Source: Candidatus Spechtbacteria bacterium
GTDB lineage: Bacteria > Patescibacteriota > Minisyncoccia > Spechtbacterales > JACPHP01
NCBI GenBank assembly: GCA_016188605.1
Contig: JACPHP010000012.1
Location: 149 to 64,148 of the forward strand
DNA: 64,000 nt
Direction: 5' to 3'
The notes under the pieces were generated by a model. That model did not search any database. It saw nothing but the letters and a program-made list of their open reading frames with translations, and was not told where the DNA came from. Each line of letters starts with the position of its first letter. Position 1 is the stretch's first letter. The translations under genes were made by a program, and so were the position numbers. Shown here in pieces: positions 47,015-56,713 of the stretch.

Positions 47015-47057
47015 CCAGTAAACTTGCTGAATACAGCAAGTTTACTGGATTCCTGTT

Positions 47058-47172
47058 ATAATTATCTCAAATGTCAAATCGCAAATCTCAAATCAAAATC
47101 TTAAATATAAAATCTTCGCTAGTAATTTTGAGATTTGAGTTTCAGTTTTGCGATTTTAGATTTGATTTTTGA
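47058..47172. repeat. Heptad-repeat palindromic element (copy A; CAAATCT-type arms) between ftsE and ftsX. It is preceded by a 15-bp-stem hairpin at 47017-47050.
   Basis: Its core TTTTGAGATTTGAGTTTCAGTTTTGCGATTTTAGATTTGATTTTTGA is almost identical to 47933-47978. Confidence 0.6.
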
Positions 47173-47175
47173 AAT

Positions 47176-47856
47176 TTATATCTTATATTTCCCCTTCTTA
47201 ACATCCCTTGTTATTCTTCCATTCTCCAACGTAACCACCCGCCGTCCAAGCGCGTCAACAATTTCCTTGTCATGAGTTGCCAGAATAACCGATGTTCCAA
47301 GCTCGTTAATTTTTACCAATAATTTAATAATTTCCCAAGTATGAATGGGGTCAAGATTTCCCGTCGGCTCATCTGCTAAAATAATTTCCGGACGTTGCAC
47401 GAGCGCGCGAGCCAATGACACGCGTTGCTTTTCGCCTCCGGAAAGCTCCTGAGGAAAACGATTTTCCTTTCCCTGCAAATCAACTAACGCCAGCGCCTGC
47501 GGCACGTCTTCAAAAATTTCGGCATCACTCTTCCCCGCCGCTTCCATCGCAAATGCAATGTTTTCAAACACGGTTTTACTTGGCAGTAATTTAAACTCTT
47601 GGAACACTACTCCTATACGCCTGCGATACCCGGGAACCTCGCGTCCGCGCAACGAAAAAACATCAACACCCTTAAAAAAAACTCGCCCATTGGTGGGGTG
47701 TTCTTCGCGTAGCAGTATGCGGAGTAGGGTGGATTTACCCGCACCCGAACGTCCAACCAATGAAACAAATTCGCGGTCTTCTATGCGAAGCGTGACATTG
47801 TCCAAAGCAGGGTCTTCGTTGGGATAAATTTTACTGACTTCTTGAAATAGAACCAT
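47176..47856 (-). CDS. ftsE: Cell-division ATP-binding protein FtsE.
   Basis: Contains [26 protein letters not shown] and [12 protein letters not shown]. Confidence 0.9.
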   Translation of the reverse strand: MVLFQEVSKIYPNEDPALDNVTLRIEDREFVSLVGRSGAGKSTLLRILLREEHPTNGRVFFKGVDVFSLRGREVPGYRRRIGVVFQEFKLLPSKTVFENIAFAMEAAGKSDAEIFEDVPQALALVDLQGKENRFPQELSGGEKQRVSLARALVQRPEIILADEPTGNLDPIHTWEIIKLLVKINELGTSVILATHDKEIVDALGRRVVTLENGRITRDVKKGKYKI

Positions 47857-47870
47857 GAGAATTGCTACTT

Positions 47871-47985
47871 AATCTCAAATCTTAAATGGCAAATCTTAAA
47901 TCTACATCTCAAATCTAAAATCTTTGTCCGTAGTTTTGAGATTTGAGTTTCAATTTTGCGATTTTAGATTTGATTTTTGAGATTT
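47871..47985. repeat. Heptad-repeat palindromic element (copy B) between prfB and ftsE.
   Basis: It is about 95% identical to copy A across the roughly 60-bp core. Confidence 0.6.
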
Positions 47986-48002
47986 AAGAATCATTAACTT
48001 CA

Positions 48003-49107
48003 TTATACCACAACTTTCTTAGTGCGTAGTCCTGCTTCAATAAATTCCTGAAGATTACCATCTAGCACGTCTTGTATTCGCGTAGTTTCAAGTCCGGAGC
48101 GATGGTCTTTCACCATTTGATATGGGTGAAGAACATACGAACGAATCTGGCTTCCCCACTCCGCTTCTTTTAATTCTCCTCGTAATTCTTTCATCTCCTT
48201 CTGCTGTTCCATTACTTTTTGCAAATACAATTTTTCTTTCAGAATCTCCAACGCCTTGTTACGATTATCTGCTTGGCTACGCTCACTTTGCACCGCCACT
48301 GTAATACCGCTTGGAATATGCTTGAGCCGCACGGCTGTAGAAACCTTATTTACATTCTGCCCACCCGGACCGGATGAACGATAAGCCTCCATTTCAACAT
48401 CTTGAGGTTTAACCTCAATTTCCTTCGATACCTCCGCAACACGTGGCATCACCTCCACCATTGCAAATGAAGTATGTCGCAGTTTCTGCGCGGAAAACGG
48501 CGAAATACGCACGAGACGATGCACGCCCGCTTCATTCTGCAAATAACCGTAAGCGTATTTGCCGTCCACCTGAAAAGTTACTCGCTTAATTCCCGCTTCT
48601 TCGCCGCGATGCTCATCCAGTATTTTTATTAAGAACCCTTGGCGCTCGCAGTAGCGAGTATACATTCGCAGCAGCATGCTCGCCCAATCTTGCGCGTCCA
48701 CGCCGCCAGCACCCGACCAAATAGTCACATAGCAATCATTTTTATCGTACGACCCGGAAAGAAACAGCTTCAATTCTAGAACAGCAAGTTTTTTCTCAAA
48801 TTCTACTATCTTATTTTCAAGCTCCACAAGCATTGCGTCACCCACATCAGAGAGCGACGCGATTTCCTTCATATACGCAATATCGCTCTGAATGCCGTCC
48901 CAAAATTTCTGCTCTTCTTTAAGATCACTCAGCTCTTGCGATATAGCAGCGGCTTTTGAGGGATTATCCCAAAAATCTTTCTTTGCGGTTTCTTTTTCCA
49001 GCTCACTGATTTTGAATTGCTTTTCGGGTAAGTCAAAGACGGCCCTCAACAGTGAGGACCCTAGCCTGCAATGCTTGCAATTTTTCTTGGATTGCCTGAA
49101 TTGTCAT
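48003..49107 (-). CDS. prfB: Peptide chain release factor 2, with the canonical programmed +1 frameshift site CTT TGA C at 49032-49038.
   Basis: It has SPF and GGQ motifs. The upstream 24-codon ORF (MTIQAIQEKLQALQARVLTVEGRL) ends at the in-frame TGA inside CTTTGAC. The +1 frame continues as DLPEKQFKISELEKE. Confidence 0.85.
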
Positions 49108-49251
49108 GTCACTATATTATATCACGCTTACGCCTAATGAGCCAGGACCGAAGATCCCCCTTCGTCTCTCCTTCGCGTAAAGCTACGGGAGAGCAAAGCA
49201 AGGACTTCGGATGGGCGCGGTCGAATTCCGTACCTGCATTTATCCCATTAG

Positions 49252-49324
49252 AGCCGGAGGGGAGAATCGAACTCCCGACCTACACGTTACGAGTGTGTTG
49301 CTCTGCCAACTGAGCTACTCCGGC
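49252..49324 (-). tRNA. tRNA-Thr (anticodon CGT); CCA is not encoded.
   Basis: Hand fold: acceptor GCCGGAG/CTCCGGC, D-arm GCTC-AGTTGGCA-GAGC, anticodon loop CTCGTAA, T-arm GGGAG-TTCGATT-CTCCC. Confidence 0.75.
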
Positions 49325-49501
49325 TCTCCTTCGCTCCGATTAACATCGGGGCTACGGAAGAACTAGCAATTAGGAATATAAACTGCTTGCCCTTCCGAAG
49401 CTCTGAGCTTATAGCGAAGAGTGTAGGAGGGAGCTACTCCGGCTCTAACGAGACGAACGAATGTGCCTGCCTCCAACTGCTTTAGTATACCCGCCACAAA
49501 C

Positions 49502-51700
49502 TCATTGTAAAGCAAGAGGCAGCTGTACTGTAAATGTACTGCCTCTGCCCTCTTCGGATTCGACAATAATCTTTCCATTGAGCATAGTTGTTATTTTTTG
49601 AGCAATAAAAAGACCAAGACCAGATCCTTCGGTCTGAAATCGCACAGCATTGCTGGCTCGGAAAAATTTAGTAAAGATATATTTTTGGTCTCTCTTAGGA
49701 ATACCTATACCATCATCAGTAACGGAAATGAGAAGACTTTTTTTGCCTTCGATAACGGCAATTCTAATTTGTCCGTCATCTCCAGTGTATTTAATTGCGT
49801 TATCAATAATATTACGCAGTACCATTTTCATTTTTTTATAATCAGATTTTATAGTAAGCGGTAATTGTTTAGGAATATCAAGTATCAATTTTCTCTTGCC
49901 CAGCTGAACATCAATCTCCGTCTCCTGCATAATTTCTTTAATCAAAGTCGTGACGTCAAAAGATTTTAATTCATATACTATCTTGCCCTCCTCAATCCTG
50001 GATGCATCCAAGAGATCATTGATTATACCAATTAAACGATTTATTGTTTTTCGACCCATCTGAAGACGAGAACTTTGCGATTTGTTTAACCGTCCAAAGT
50101 CACCTGCAATAAACATTTCTAGCATCCATTTAATGCCGGAGAGAGGCGTGCGTAATTGATGGCTGGCAGTAGCTACAAAGTTACTCTTTAAGTGTTCAAT
50201 TTCTTTTTCTCTCGTCAGGTCATGTATAACTCGCATAGCGCCCACTCGTTCTTTACCTTCGCCAACTAGCGGAACTAGGATAATCTCAAAAACTCGTTCT
50301 TGAGGCGTGGCAACAGCTAGCTCTCGTTTCTCAAAATCTTCAAGGTTTACATTCTCTATTAACTGAATATTCTCAAAGAGATTGTTTCTTTTAACTTCAA
50401 GATCTTTCGCTTTTTTACCCACGATATCATTTTTCGACACCCATAGTAGTTCTTCCGCGCGATGATTGAAAGCAATAATCGTGCCTTCAAGATCATACGC
50501 AATCAGCCCGTCGTAGAGACTATTCAACATATAAGTCATCTTCTGTTTTTCAACAGCAATAATTTCATTGCTTCTAGTTATGGTCGCAAAAGATTTTTTT
50601 AAATTTGCGGACATGTTGTAGAAAGCAAAAGCCAGATCTTCTATTTCATCGTCGGTATGAATGGGAATCTTATAATCCAAATTCCCTTTTCCAAATTCAC
50701 TAGAAACCAGATGTAATCCCTCAATGGGCTGAACGATCTGCCTGGCTAAAATAAATGCGGCAATAACAGCAAAAAAAAGTATTGCTGCCAGGACAAGAAA
50801 AACAAACAGGGTAATCTCTCGTATCGCCGCTAGAGCGATAAAGGTCGGAATTTCAGCAATGACAAACCAGTTAGCATCAATAATCTCTGGCGATGCGTGA
50901 CCATAAAATGAAATTTGTATCGGCGCGCCAGCGCCCACAACCTCCTGATTTAGTTCGTTGCGATAAATAGCAACTGGAGAAATGTCATTTTTTTGCTTAA
51001 TTAAAGAAGATACTAAAGGAATGGAAGAAAAGTCTTTTTGTAGAAGAACTTGTGAAATATCAGGATGAGCAACAACGACTCCGCTTCGATCAACAATATA
51101 AGCCCTGCCCCCTTCTTCGACTATAGAAAGTTGATTGACCACTTCCTGCATGACCCTTGCATCAACTTTAACCAAAACAGCTCCTTGAAATACATTATGA
51201 ACATCAAATAGTCCCCGACCAATAGTAAAAAACAGCCTGTTCTTTTCCCAGAATAGCTGACTAATAAAATGGCTGCTTTCTTTCGCTGCTAAAAATTTTT
51301 CTTCGTCTAGATATTGCGCCAAGTCTCTTGGGGTAATGACAATCAGTCTATTGACTCGATTAGTCTCTTGGCCATTCGCATCCACTATGGTAATTTCGGA
51401 AAAATTATCATGCGAAAACAATAATCTCTCAAGAAAATTTTGCCTGAGTTCAAAATTTTTTGGTAAAAACGAATCAACATTATCAAAATTATCTAATGCA
51501 GAAAATTGCAGGCTAACAAATTCAGTAATTTCTTTGGTTACAAAAGAGGCGATGCGCCGTTCTTGGGAAATGGCATTTTCTTTCTGAATGTTTTGGAATT
51601 TCAGAATAGTCTGGAGCATAGTCAAAACAAAAGGTATTGAAGCAAAGCCTATCAGAACCACGATTAATTTTGTGCGTAATTTTATCTTAGGAGCAGCCAT
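49502..51700 (-). CDS. Sensor histidine kinase (N-terminal TM, extracytoplasmic sensor region, HAMP, PAS, HisKA, HATPase_c).
   Basis: The H-box is ATASHQLRTPLSGI and the G-box is DDGIGIPKRDQ...GSGLGL. The start was taken at the Met with SD AGGAG 8 nt upstream; the ORF track extends to a TTG at 51817. Confidence 0.85.
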   Translation of the reverse strand: MAAPKIKLRTKLIVVLIGFASIPFVLTMLQTILKFQNIQKENAISQERRIASFVTKEITEFVSLQFSALDNFDNVDSFLPKNFELRQNFLERLLFSHDNFSEITIVDANGQETNRVNRLIVITPRDLAQYLDEEKFLAAKESSHFISQLFWEKNRLFFTIGRGLFDVHNVFQGAVLVKVDARVMQEVVNQLSIVEEGGRAYIVDRSGVVVAHPDISQVLLQKDFSSIPLVSSLIKQKNDISPVAIYRNELNQEVVGAGAPIQISFYGHASPEIIDANWFVIAEIPTFIALAAIREITLFVFLVLAAILFFAVIAAFILARQIVQPIEGLHLVSSEFGKGNLDYKIPIHTDDEIEDLAFAFYNMSANLKKSFATITRSNEIIAVEKQKMTYMLNSLYDGLIAYDLEGTIIAFNHRAEELLWVSKNDIVGKKAKDLEVKRNNLFENIQLIENVNLEDFEKRELAVATPQERVFEIILVPLVGEGKERVGAMRVIHDLTREKEIEHLKSNFVATASHQLRTPLSGIKWMLEMFIAGDFGRLNKSQSSRLQMGRKTINRLIGIINDLLDASRIEEGKIVYELKSFDVTTLIKEIMQETEIDVQLGKRKLILDIPKQLPLTIKSDYKKMKMVLRNIIDNAIKYTGDDGQIRIAVIEGKKSLLISVTDDGIGIPKRDQKYIFTKFFRASNAVRFQTEGSGLGLFIAQKITTMLNGKIIVESEEGRGSTFTVQLPLALQ

Positions 51701-51867
51701 GAAAATTTTATTATCCAACAAGAGGGGAGAAAATAAATATATTGGTTCTTCCAAACTAGGGCAGATAAAAAATGGCACTGCGACAGTGGAGCGTAACCGA
51801 CCTCGGGGATCGCCCAAAGGGGCGATCCCCGAGGGGCAATCCCCAAAATTTTATACCCTTTACTTGT

Positions 51868-52926
51868 CTATTTTATAATAGAAATAGAAAGCATTGAATC
51901 TGGAAATTTAATTCCATCTTTCTGAGCCCTGTCCAAATAAATCATCAAAACATTTTTACTTGTAAATTCAAGGGGAATATCCGAAGGCTTAATTCCGTGA
52001 AAGATTTTATCCATCATTACCACGGCTTGCTTCCCAGCCTCGGTAAAATCGCCGCTGTAGCCAAAATGTCCGCCATTAGGCAAGTCCTCAAGAGGCGCTA
52101 CCATTGGAATTCCTAATCGACCGGCTAATTTTGACTCTGCTTCTTCTTGAGCTTCAAAATGATGTCCGGCAATATGATATACAGCATCAATATCGCCCGA
52201 TTTAATTTGTCCAGCAATCTCATACCAAGCTTTTTCGGCTTCCGGCGGAGAAACCGTTGTTTTATACTCTACAATCTCAAAGCCTAACCTTGGCGCCTGG
52301 GCTTTTAATTCTGCGTAAAACTCTTCTCCTACGGGAGGAACTATAAATCCTTCACCAAAAGTGCCAATTTTTTTGATGTCGGGATTAATTTTTTTAAGAA
52401 ATTCCAGTTGTTTTTGTATAACCTCAACCAAATTAAGGACAACACCGGTCGCATTATTTTCCGAGGATTTAAAAGATTCTGCAAGTCCATATTTTACAGG
52501 ATCATGAAAATTTACTAAAAATACAATTGGTATATCGCTATTTATCTCTTTTGTAGCCTTCACCGCGCTGATAGCCTGGAGTTCCAGCCCGGTGAAAATC
52601 AAATCCACCCCCTGCTCTACAAACCGTTTAGTCGCTTCTTCGGCTTCAACCAACATATCTGGCCCTGGAACAATTCGCGCTTCTTCAAACGTAACGTTGG
52701 TATACCCCATTTCCTTAAACCCTTCCTTTACACCTTCAACCGCCTCAATTTGCTGCCTTTGATACAACAGGCCTATTCGTTTTTCTTCCTTCGTTACCGA
52801 TGAAGTAATGGGTCCAAATAAGGGAACATTTTTAAATATTTGAAACAAACTAAAACCTATTAACCCGACCAGCACTACTATCGCTATAGTAAGAGCGGGG
52901 CTAGTTATTTTTGGAAATGCAATCAT
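51868..52926 (-). CDS. Membrane-anchored periplasmic-binding-protein (type I PBP/ABC substrate-binding-like) domain protein. It is the likely co-sensor for the adjacent kinase.
   Basis: It has an N-terminal TM and a roughly 320-aa alpha/beta binding-protein-like sequence. No ABC permease or ATPase gene is nearby. Confidence 0.55.
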   Translation of the reverse strand: MIAFPKITSPALTIAIVVLVGLIGFSLFQIFKNVPLFGPITSSVTKEEKRIGLLYQRQQIEAVEGVKEGFKEMGYTNVTFEEARIVPGPDMLVEAEEATKRFVEQGVDLIFTGLELQAISAVKATKEINSDIPIVFLVNFHDPVKYGLAESFKSSENNATGVVLNLVEVIQKQLEFLKKINPDIKKIGTFGEGFIVPPVGEEFYAELKAQAPRLGFEIVEYKTTVSPPEAEKAWYEIAGQIKSGDIDAVYHIAGHHFEAQEEAESKLAGRLGIPMVAPLEDLPNGGHFGYSGDFTEAGKQAVVMMDKIFHGIKPSDIPLEFTSKNVLMIYLDRAQKDGIKFPDSMLSISIIK

Positions 52927-53193
52927 AGATTTTTTGTTAATTATTAATGTATCATTAGTCTCGACTTTAATTTTACCTTAATTCGATTATATATGATTTG
53001 GTTGAATAAATTTAAAATATGAAATTCTGAGTTGAGATGCCCCCTTTGGTTGGATAATATGGACGCGAAGCCCACGTGATATTGGTAAAACTATCATTCA
53101 CCAAACTATATCCAACAAAGCCATTATATAATATCCATTATAATTACGGAATGTTTATAGATGGGCGCGTGTCGGTGTGGTATAATTTACTAT

Positions 53194-54843
53194 ATGAAAA
53201 AATTCGTTATTGGCCATTGGGTCGGGTTAGCTCTACTAACGATTATTCTAATTGGCGCATTCTTGCGCTTTTTTAATCTATCAACTCTTCCGCCGGGAAT
53301 TTACCCCGATGAAGCGCGCAACGGCATAGACGCGCTTCACGCCATGGCCACCGGCCAATATTCAGTTTTCTATCCGGCAAACAACGGCCGCGAGGGGTTG
53401 TACATCGACCTGCTGACAATTGTTTTCCGAATATTTGGAGTCAGTATTTTTTCTCTCAAATTAATTAGTGCGGCTATCGGCATGCTAACAATTTGGACAG
53501 TATATCTTCTAGCAAAAGAATTGCAAAGATTTATCAAAAGCGAAAAACCGATGTGGTACCAAGAGGCAATCTCTCTTGTTGCTTCGCTTTTTATTGCCAC
53601 AAGTTTCTGGCATATTAATTTTAGCCGTATTTCTTTTCGCGCAATCTTTGTTCCTTTCCTTCTCTCGCTTGCGACATATTACACATTGCGCATGCTGCGC
53701 CGCGGATCTCTCTTTGACACAATTGTTGCCGGCGCGCTTTGGGCGCTTGGCATGTATACATATATTGCATTTCGAGTAGCGCCTATCATTCCCGCATTTC
53801 TTATTGGCTCAACGTTGCTGGTTTCGCTAGCGCAAAATCGCGACAATAAAAATATCAAACGTTGGATAAAAATGATTGCCGCGTTTGCATTAAGTGGCAT
53901 CATAGTATTTCTGCCTCTCGCAATCTACTTCATCACAAACTCAGGCAGCTTTGCTTCTCGTTCAGCTGGAATTTCAGTATTTAGTGAACCTCAACCTATT
54001 CTTGCATTTCTGAAAAGTCTAGGCGCGCATCTACAAATGTTTTTCTATCAAGGCGATGGAAATTGGCGGCATAACATTTCTGGCCAAGCCCAGCTCTTGT
54101 TTCCCATCGCGCTTCTATTCCTTCTTGGAACATATGTTGTAATACACGACGCTTTTCATGGTTTAAGAACAAGACAATGGGAAAAAGCGATTGGAATGTT
54201 AGCGATTGGAATGTGGTTTGACGCGCTTCTTCTGCCCGCGATACTTACCATTGAGGGTATTCCTCATGCCCTTCGCTCAATCGGCGTAATCCCTGTTACA
54301 TACCTGATTGCTGCTATCGGCTTTGCGCATTTTCTTGGCTATCTACTCCGCCAAAATATTTCTTGGATTCGCTCTGGAGGATTTGCTCTTGCTATCGCCC
54401 TTCTTGTAGCTCTTCCACTTACTGCCTATAACCAATATTTCAATGTGTGGGGAAATAATCCTAATGTTCCTGGCGCATTCTCGCAATACTATACCCAAAT
54501 CGGATATTTCCTTAACGCGCTTCCGGACGATACGCCCAAAGTTGTGTTTGTAAATAGCGATGGCGTGCTTGTGCCGATTGAAAAATATCTTGCCGCACCG
54601 ACAAACAAAGATAATACAATTCCCATGTCATCGCAAACAACTCTATTTATACAGAATACAAAATCCGTGCATCCGCAAAATACAATCTACGCCACCGAAA
54701 AAGAACTTGAAAATTTTATTCCACAAAAAGGAAGCATCGTCATTCCGCTTGAACCAAATGATAAGGCAAAAACTTTTCTTAAAGAAAAGTTTCGTGGTAC
54801 TGGCCAACAGCCGGGCGGAATATGGTTCTACCAAATGCCATAA
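53194..54843 (+). CDS. GT-C fold glycosyltransferase (ArnT/PMT family 39/83-like).
   Basis: It is polytopic and has the motif PPGIYPDEARNG in the first periplasmic loop. Confidence 0.75.
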   Translation: MKKFVIGHWVGLALLTIILIGAFLRFFNLSTLPPGIYPDEARNGIDALHAMATGQYSVFYPANNGREGLYIDLLTIVFRIFGVSIFSLKLISAAIGMLTIWTVYLLAKELQRFIKSEKPMWYQEAISLVASLFIATSFWHINFSRISFRAIFVPFLLSLATYYTLRMLRRGSLFDTIVAGALWALGMYTYIAFRVAPIIPAFLIGSTLLVSLAQNRDNKNIKRWIKMIAAFALSGIIVFLPLAIYFITNSGSFASRSAGISVFSEPQPILAFLKSLGAHLQMFFYQGDGNWRHNISGQAQLLFPIALLFLLGTYVVIHDAFHGLRTRQWEKAIGMLAIGMWFDALLLPAILTIEGIPHALRSIGVIPVTYLIAAIGFAHFLGYLLRQNISWIRSGGFALAIALLVALPLTAYNQYFNVWGNNPNVPGAFSQYYTQIGYFLNALPDDTPKVVFVNSDGVLVPIEKYLAAPTNKDNTIPMSSQTTLFIQNTKSVHPQNTIYATEKELENFIPQKGSIVIPLEPNDKAKTFLKEKFRGTGQQPGGIWFYQMP

Positions 54844-54845
54844 CT

Positions 54846-55370
54846 TGGAGCGAGCGAGGAGAATCGAACTCCCGCCTCGACCTTGGGGACAAAGCCAAAT
54901 TATTTTGGCTTTGTCGGGCGCAAAAGCGCCCTGGGGCGGTGTGGCAGCATCAATTTTTTGTCGAGGCTCTGCCGAGAACTGTATTGTTGCTGTCCACACC
55001 GCTATACCTTGAGCGGGATACCAGAATCGAACTGGCGCTTCGACCTTGGGGACACTTTTGCGTATAGCGAAAGTGTCGGCTCCAAAAGGAGCCCGGGTAG
55101 TCATGGCAACCTCAATTTTTTGCTCGGAGTCCCCCTTTGGGGGACGGAGAAATTAAGTTGGTGTTGCCATGACGGTACCTTGGCGTTGAACAAACTTAGA
55201 GCGAGGTACGGGAATCGAACCCGCGTGTCAACCTTGGGGATAAAAGCCAAATGCTTTTGGCTTTTATCGGACGTAAAAAACGTCCTGGGTGGTCAAATGC
55301 CAACAATTTTTTGTTCGAGCCGAAGGCGAGTAATATAAGGCATTTGACGGTACATTGATGTTGAGTAGAC
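54846..55370. repeat. Three tandem structured repeats of about 175 nt each (at 54846, 55008 and 55196). Each comprises a tRNA-Gly 3' half (anticodon loop to acceptor 3' strand), a 9-bp-stem hairpin and a long-range 11-13-bp stem enclosing CAATTTTTTG.
   Basis: The 3' half of unit 1 is identical to the intact tRNA-Gly over 43 nt. Units 2 and 3 carry divergent T-arms and acceptor strands. No matching 5' halves were found. Confidence 0.6.
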
Positions 55371-55371
55371 T

Positions 55372-55445
55372 TGGAGCGAGCGAGGAGAATCGAACTCCCG
55401 CCTCGACCTTGGGAAGGTCACGTACTACCACTATACTACGCTCGC
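55372..55445 (-). tRNA. tRNA-Gly (anticodon CCC) with encoded CCA.
   Basis: Hand fold: GCGAGCG-TA-GTAT-AGTGGTA-GTAC-G-TGACC-TTCCCAA-GGTCG-AGGC-GGGAG-TTCGATT-CTCCT-CGCTCGC-T-CCA. A 17-nt duplicate of the D-arm region lies immediately 5' (55446-55463). Confidence 0.8.
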
Positions 55446-55476
55446 ATACTACCACTATACTAATCCCGCCTATTTT

Positions 55477-55779
55477 TTATCGATAAATCTCTCTTCTATG
55501 CGCCACTTCAATTAATTGAATTTCTTTGGTAGAAATAAATTGAAAAATTACTCGCCAATCTCGAGTAATTCTAAAAGAGTATAATCCCGAGAGTTTGCCT
55601 GTGAGATGTTTTGAGTGGAGCTTTGTATGAAAAGGATTCTCTACAAATATTTCCAATAGTTGCGCAAGTTTTTCTGTTGAGGCTTGGGCAATTTTTTCGC
55701 CGAAACAAGAAAATGACTTGCGCAGACAATGCGAATCATACGAAAGTATCGAGTTTCTCAAGAAATTCTTTTGCGTCAC
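55477..55779 (-). CDS. RelE/ParE-superfamily type II toxin.
   Basis: Contains KLSGLYSFRITRDWRVIFQF...IQLIEVAHRREIY. Confidence 0.55.
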   Translation of the reverse strand: MTQKNFLRNSILSYDSHCLRKSFSCFGEKIAQASTEKLAQLLEIFVENPFHTKLHSKHLTGKLSGLYSFRITRDWRVIFQFISTKEIQLIEVAHRREIYR

Positions 55780-55975
55780 TAAAGGTATGTTTAGGTTTTT
55801 CTCGCGATGCCCTCAGAATACGTTGCACGAATTCAGGACGGTAATCCCCCTCTTTGTCTTTTCCAGCAATACCTATAATAAAAGACTTGAGAAGCTTTAC
55901 TTCCTGTTTTATACTTGCAGATGAAATACGCGAAGGATTACTCATTAATCGTATTGTATAGCGGACATGGGGCAT
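55736..55975 (-). CDS. Putative cognate antitoxin (79 aa), overlapping the toxin start.
   Basis: Its position and size fit. Sequence similarity is weak. Confidence 0.35.
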   Translation of the reverse strand: MPHVRYTIRLMSNPSRISSASIKQEVKLLKSFIIGIAGKDKEGDYRPEFVQRILRASREKPKHTFSDAKEFLEKLDTFV

Positions 55976-56000
55976 GTCAATGGCAAATTCTACTCACCTT

Positions 56001-56432
56001 TCACTGAAAAACAAACTTCCACCACTCGCCCGCTCGGCGCTTTAAGGCATCTTCCGTCGTCTCATCTTGCATGTAATCATCAGCCGCGGCAGCTGGCTTC
56101 TGCATCTGCTGTTGCGCAGTATTGTCTTTCTGCTCGCTTATATTATTCTCTCCTCCTGGCACCACAATCACCACCTGCTCGCCGGGCTTTTGCACATTCA
56201 ACCTTCTGCGTACTTCGAGCTCCAAAACATCACTCTGATTAAATGATTGAATCATCGCGGCAAGATTGTCATTGTCTTTTTGCAAATTAGATACTTCCTC
56301 ACGCGCTTTATTAATATCCTGTTGCAACTGATATCGTTGATATAACTCTTTGCCAAAAGCTCCTGCAAACCAAGCCATAACCAAAAGCAAAGCGGTGAGC
56401 AGTGCGCGAGAGATTGTAGTTTTAGTCATCAT
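56001..56432 (-). CDS. Septum formation initiator (FtsB/DivIC-like).
   Basis: It has an N-terminal TM, a coiled coil and LELEVRRRLNVQKPGEQVVIV. Confidence 0.6.
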   Translation of the reverse strand: MMTKTTISRALLTALLLVMAWFAGAFGKELYQRYQLQQDINKAREEVSNLQKDNDNLAAMIQSFNQSDVLELEVRRRLNVQKPGEQVVIVVPGGENNISEQKDNTAQQQMQKPAAAADDYMQDETTEDALKRRAGEWWKFVFQ

Positions 56433-56677
56433 ACTAAAAAATGACGAGAATAAAAGTTTTTGATAGTGATATGAGTATATACTGAAAAATTTGATGACAC
56501 GAATATAAAAATGTGCTAAAGTCTATAAGTATGAACGTCACTGGCCACAAATTCCGTACTATAGCCAGGGTGGTGTGGATTTCTATAGTAATCCTTGTCA
56601 CCTTTAGCATGGTTGGATATCTTTTGATACCGCTATTCTAATAGTAGCGAAAACACACTAAAAATCAATCATCCTTA

Positions 56678-56705
56678 ACTAAATAACCTCGCATATGCGA
56701 GGTTA
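56678..56705. terminator. Terminator after lepA (AAATAACCTCGCATATGCGAGGTTATTT).
   Basis: Seen directly. Confidence 0.7.
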
Positions 56706-56713
56706 TTTAGTTT

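Noticed and set aside
49130-49250. A possible second, degenerate tRNA (GGTCGAATTCCG T-loop-like motif) lies between prfB and tRNA-Thr.
   Set aside because: No acceptable acceptor/D/anticodon arms could be folded by hand. The 16-nt duplicate of the tRNA-Thr 5' end at 49431-49446 was noted, but it is too short to interpret.
54846-55370. Intron-containing, split or permuted tRNA-Gly genes were considered.
   Set aside because: No complementary 5' acceptor strands (GCGAGCG, GCGGGAT, GCGAGGT) exist within or around the units. The units contain only 3' halves plus extra hairpins.
54560-55455. ORFs of 60-150 aa on both strands cover the tRNA-Gly repeat region.
   Set aside because: They overlap a bona fide tRNA and highly structured repeats, so they are judged spurious.
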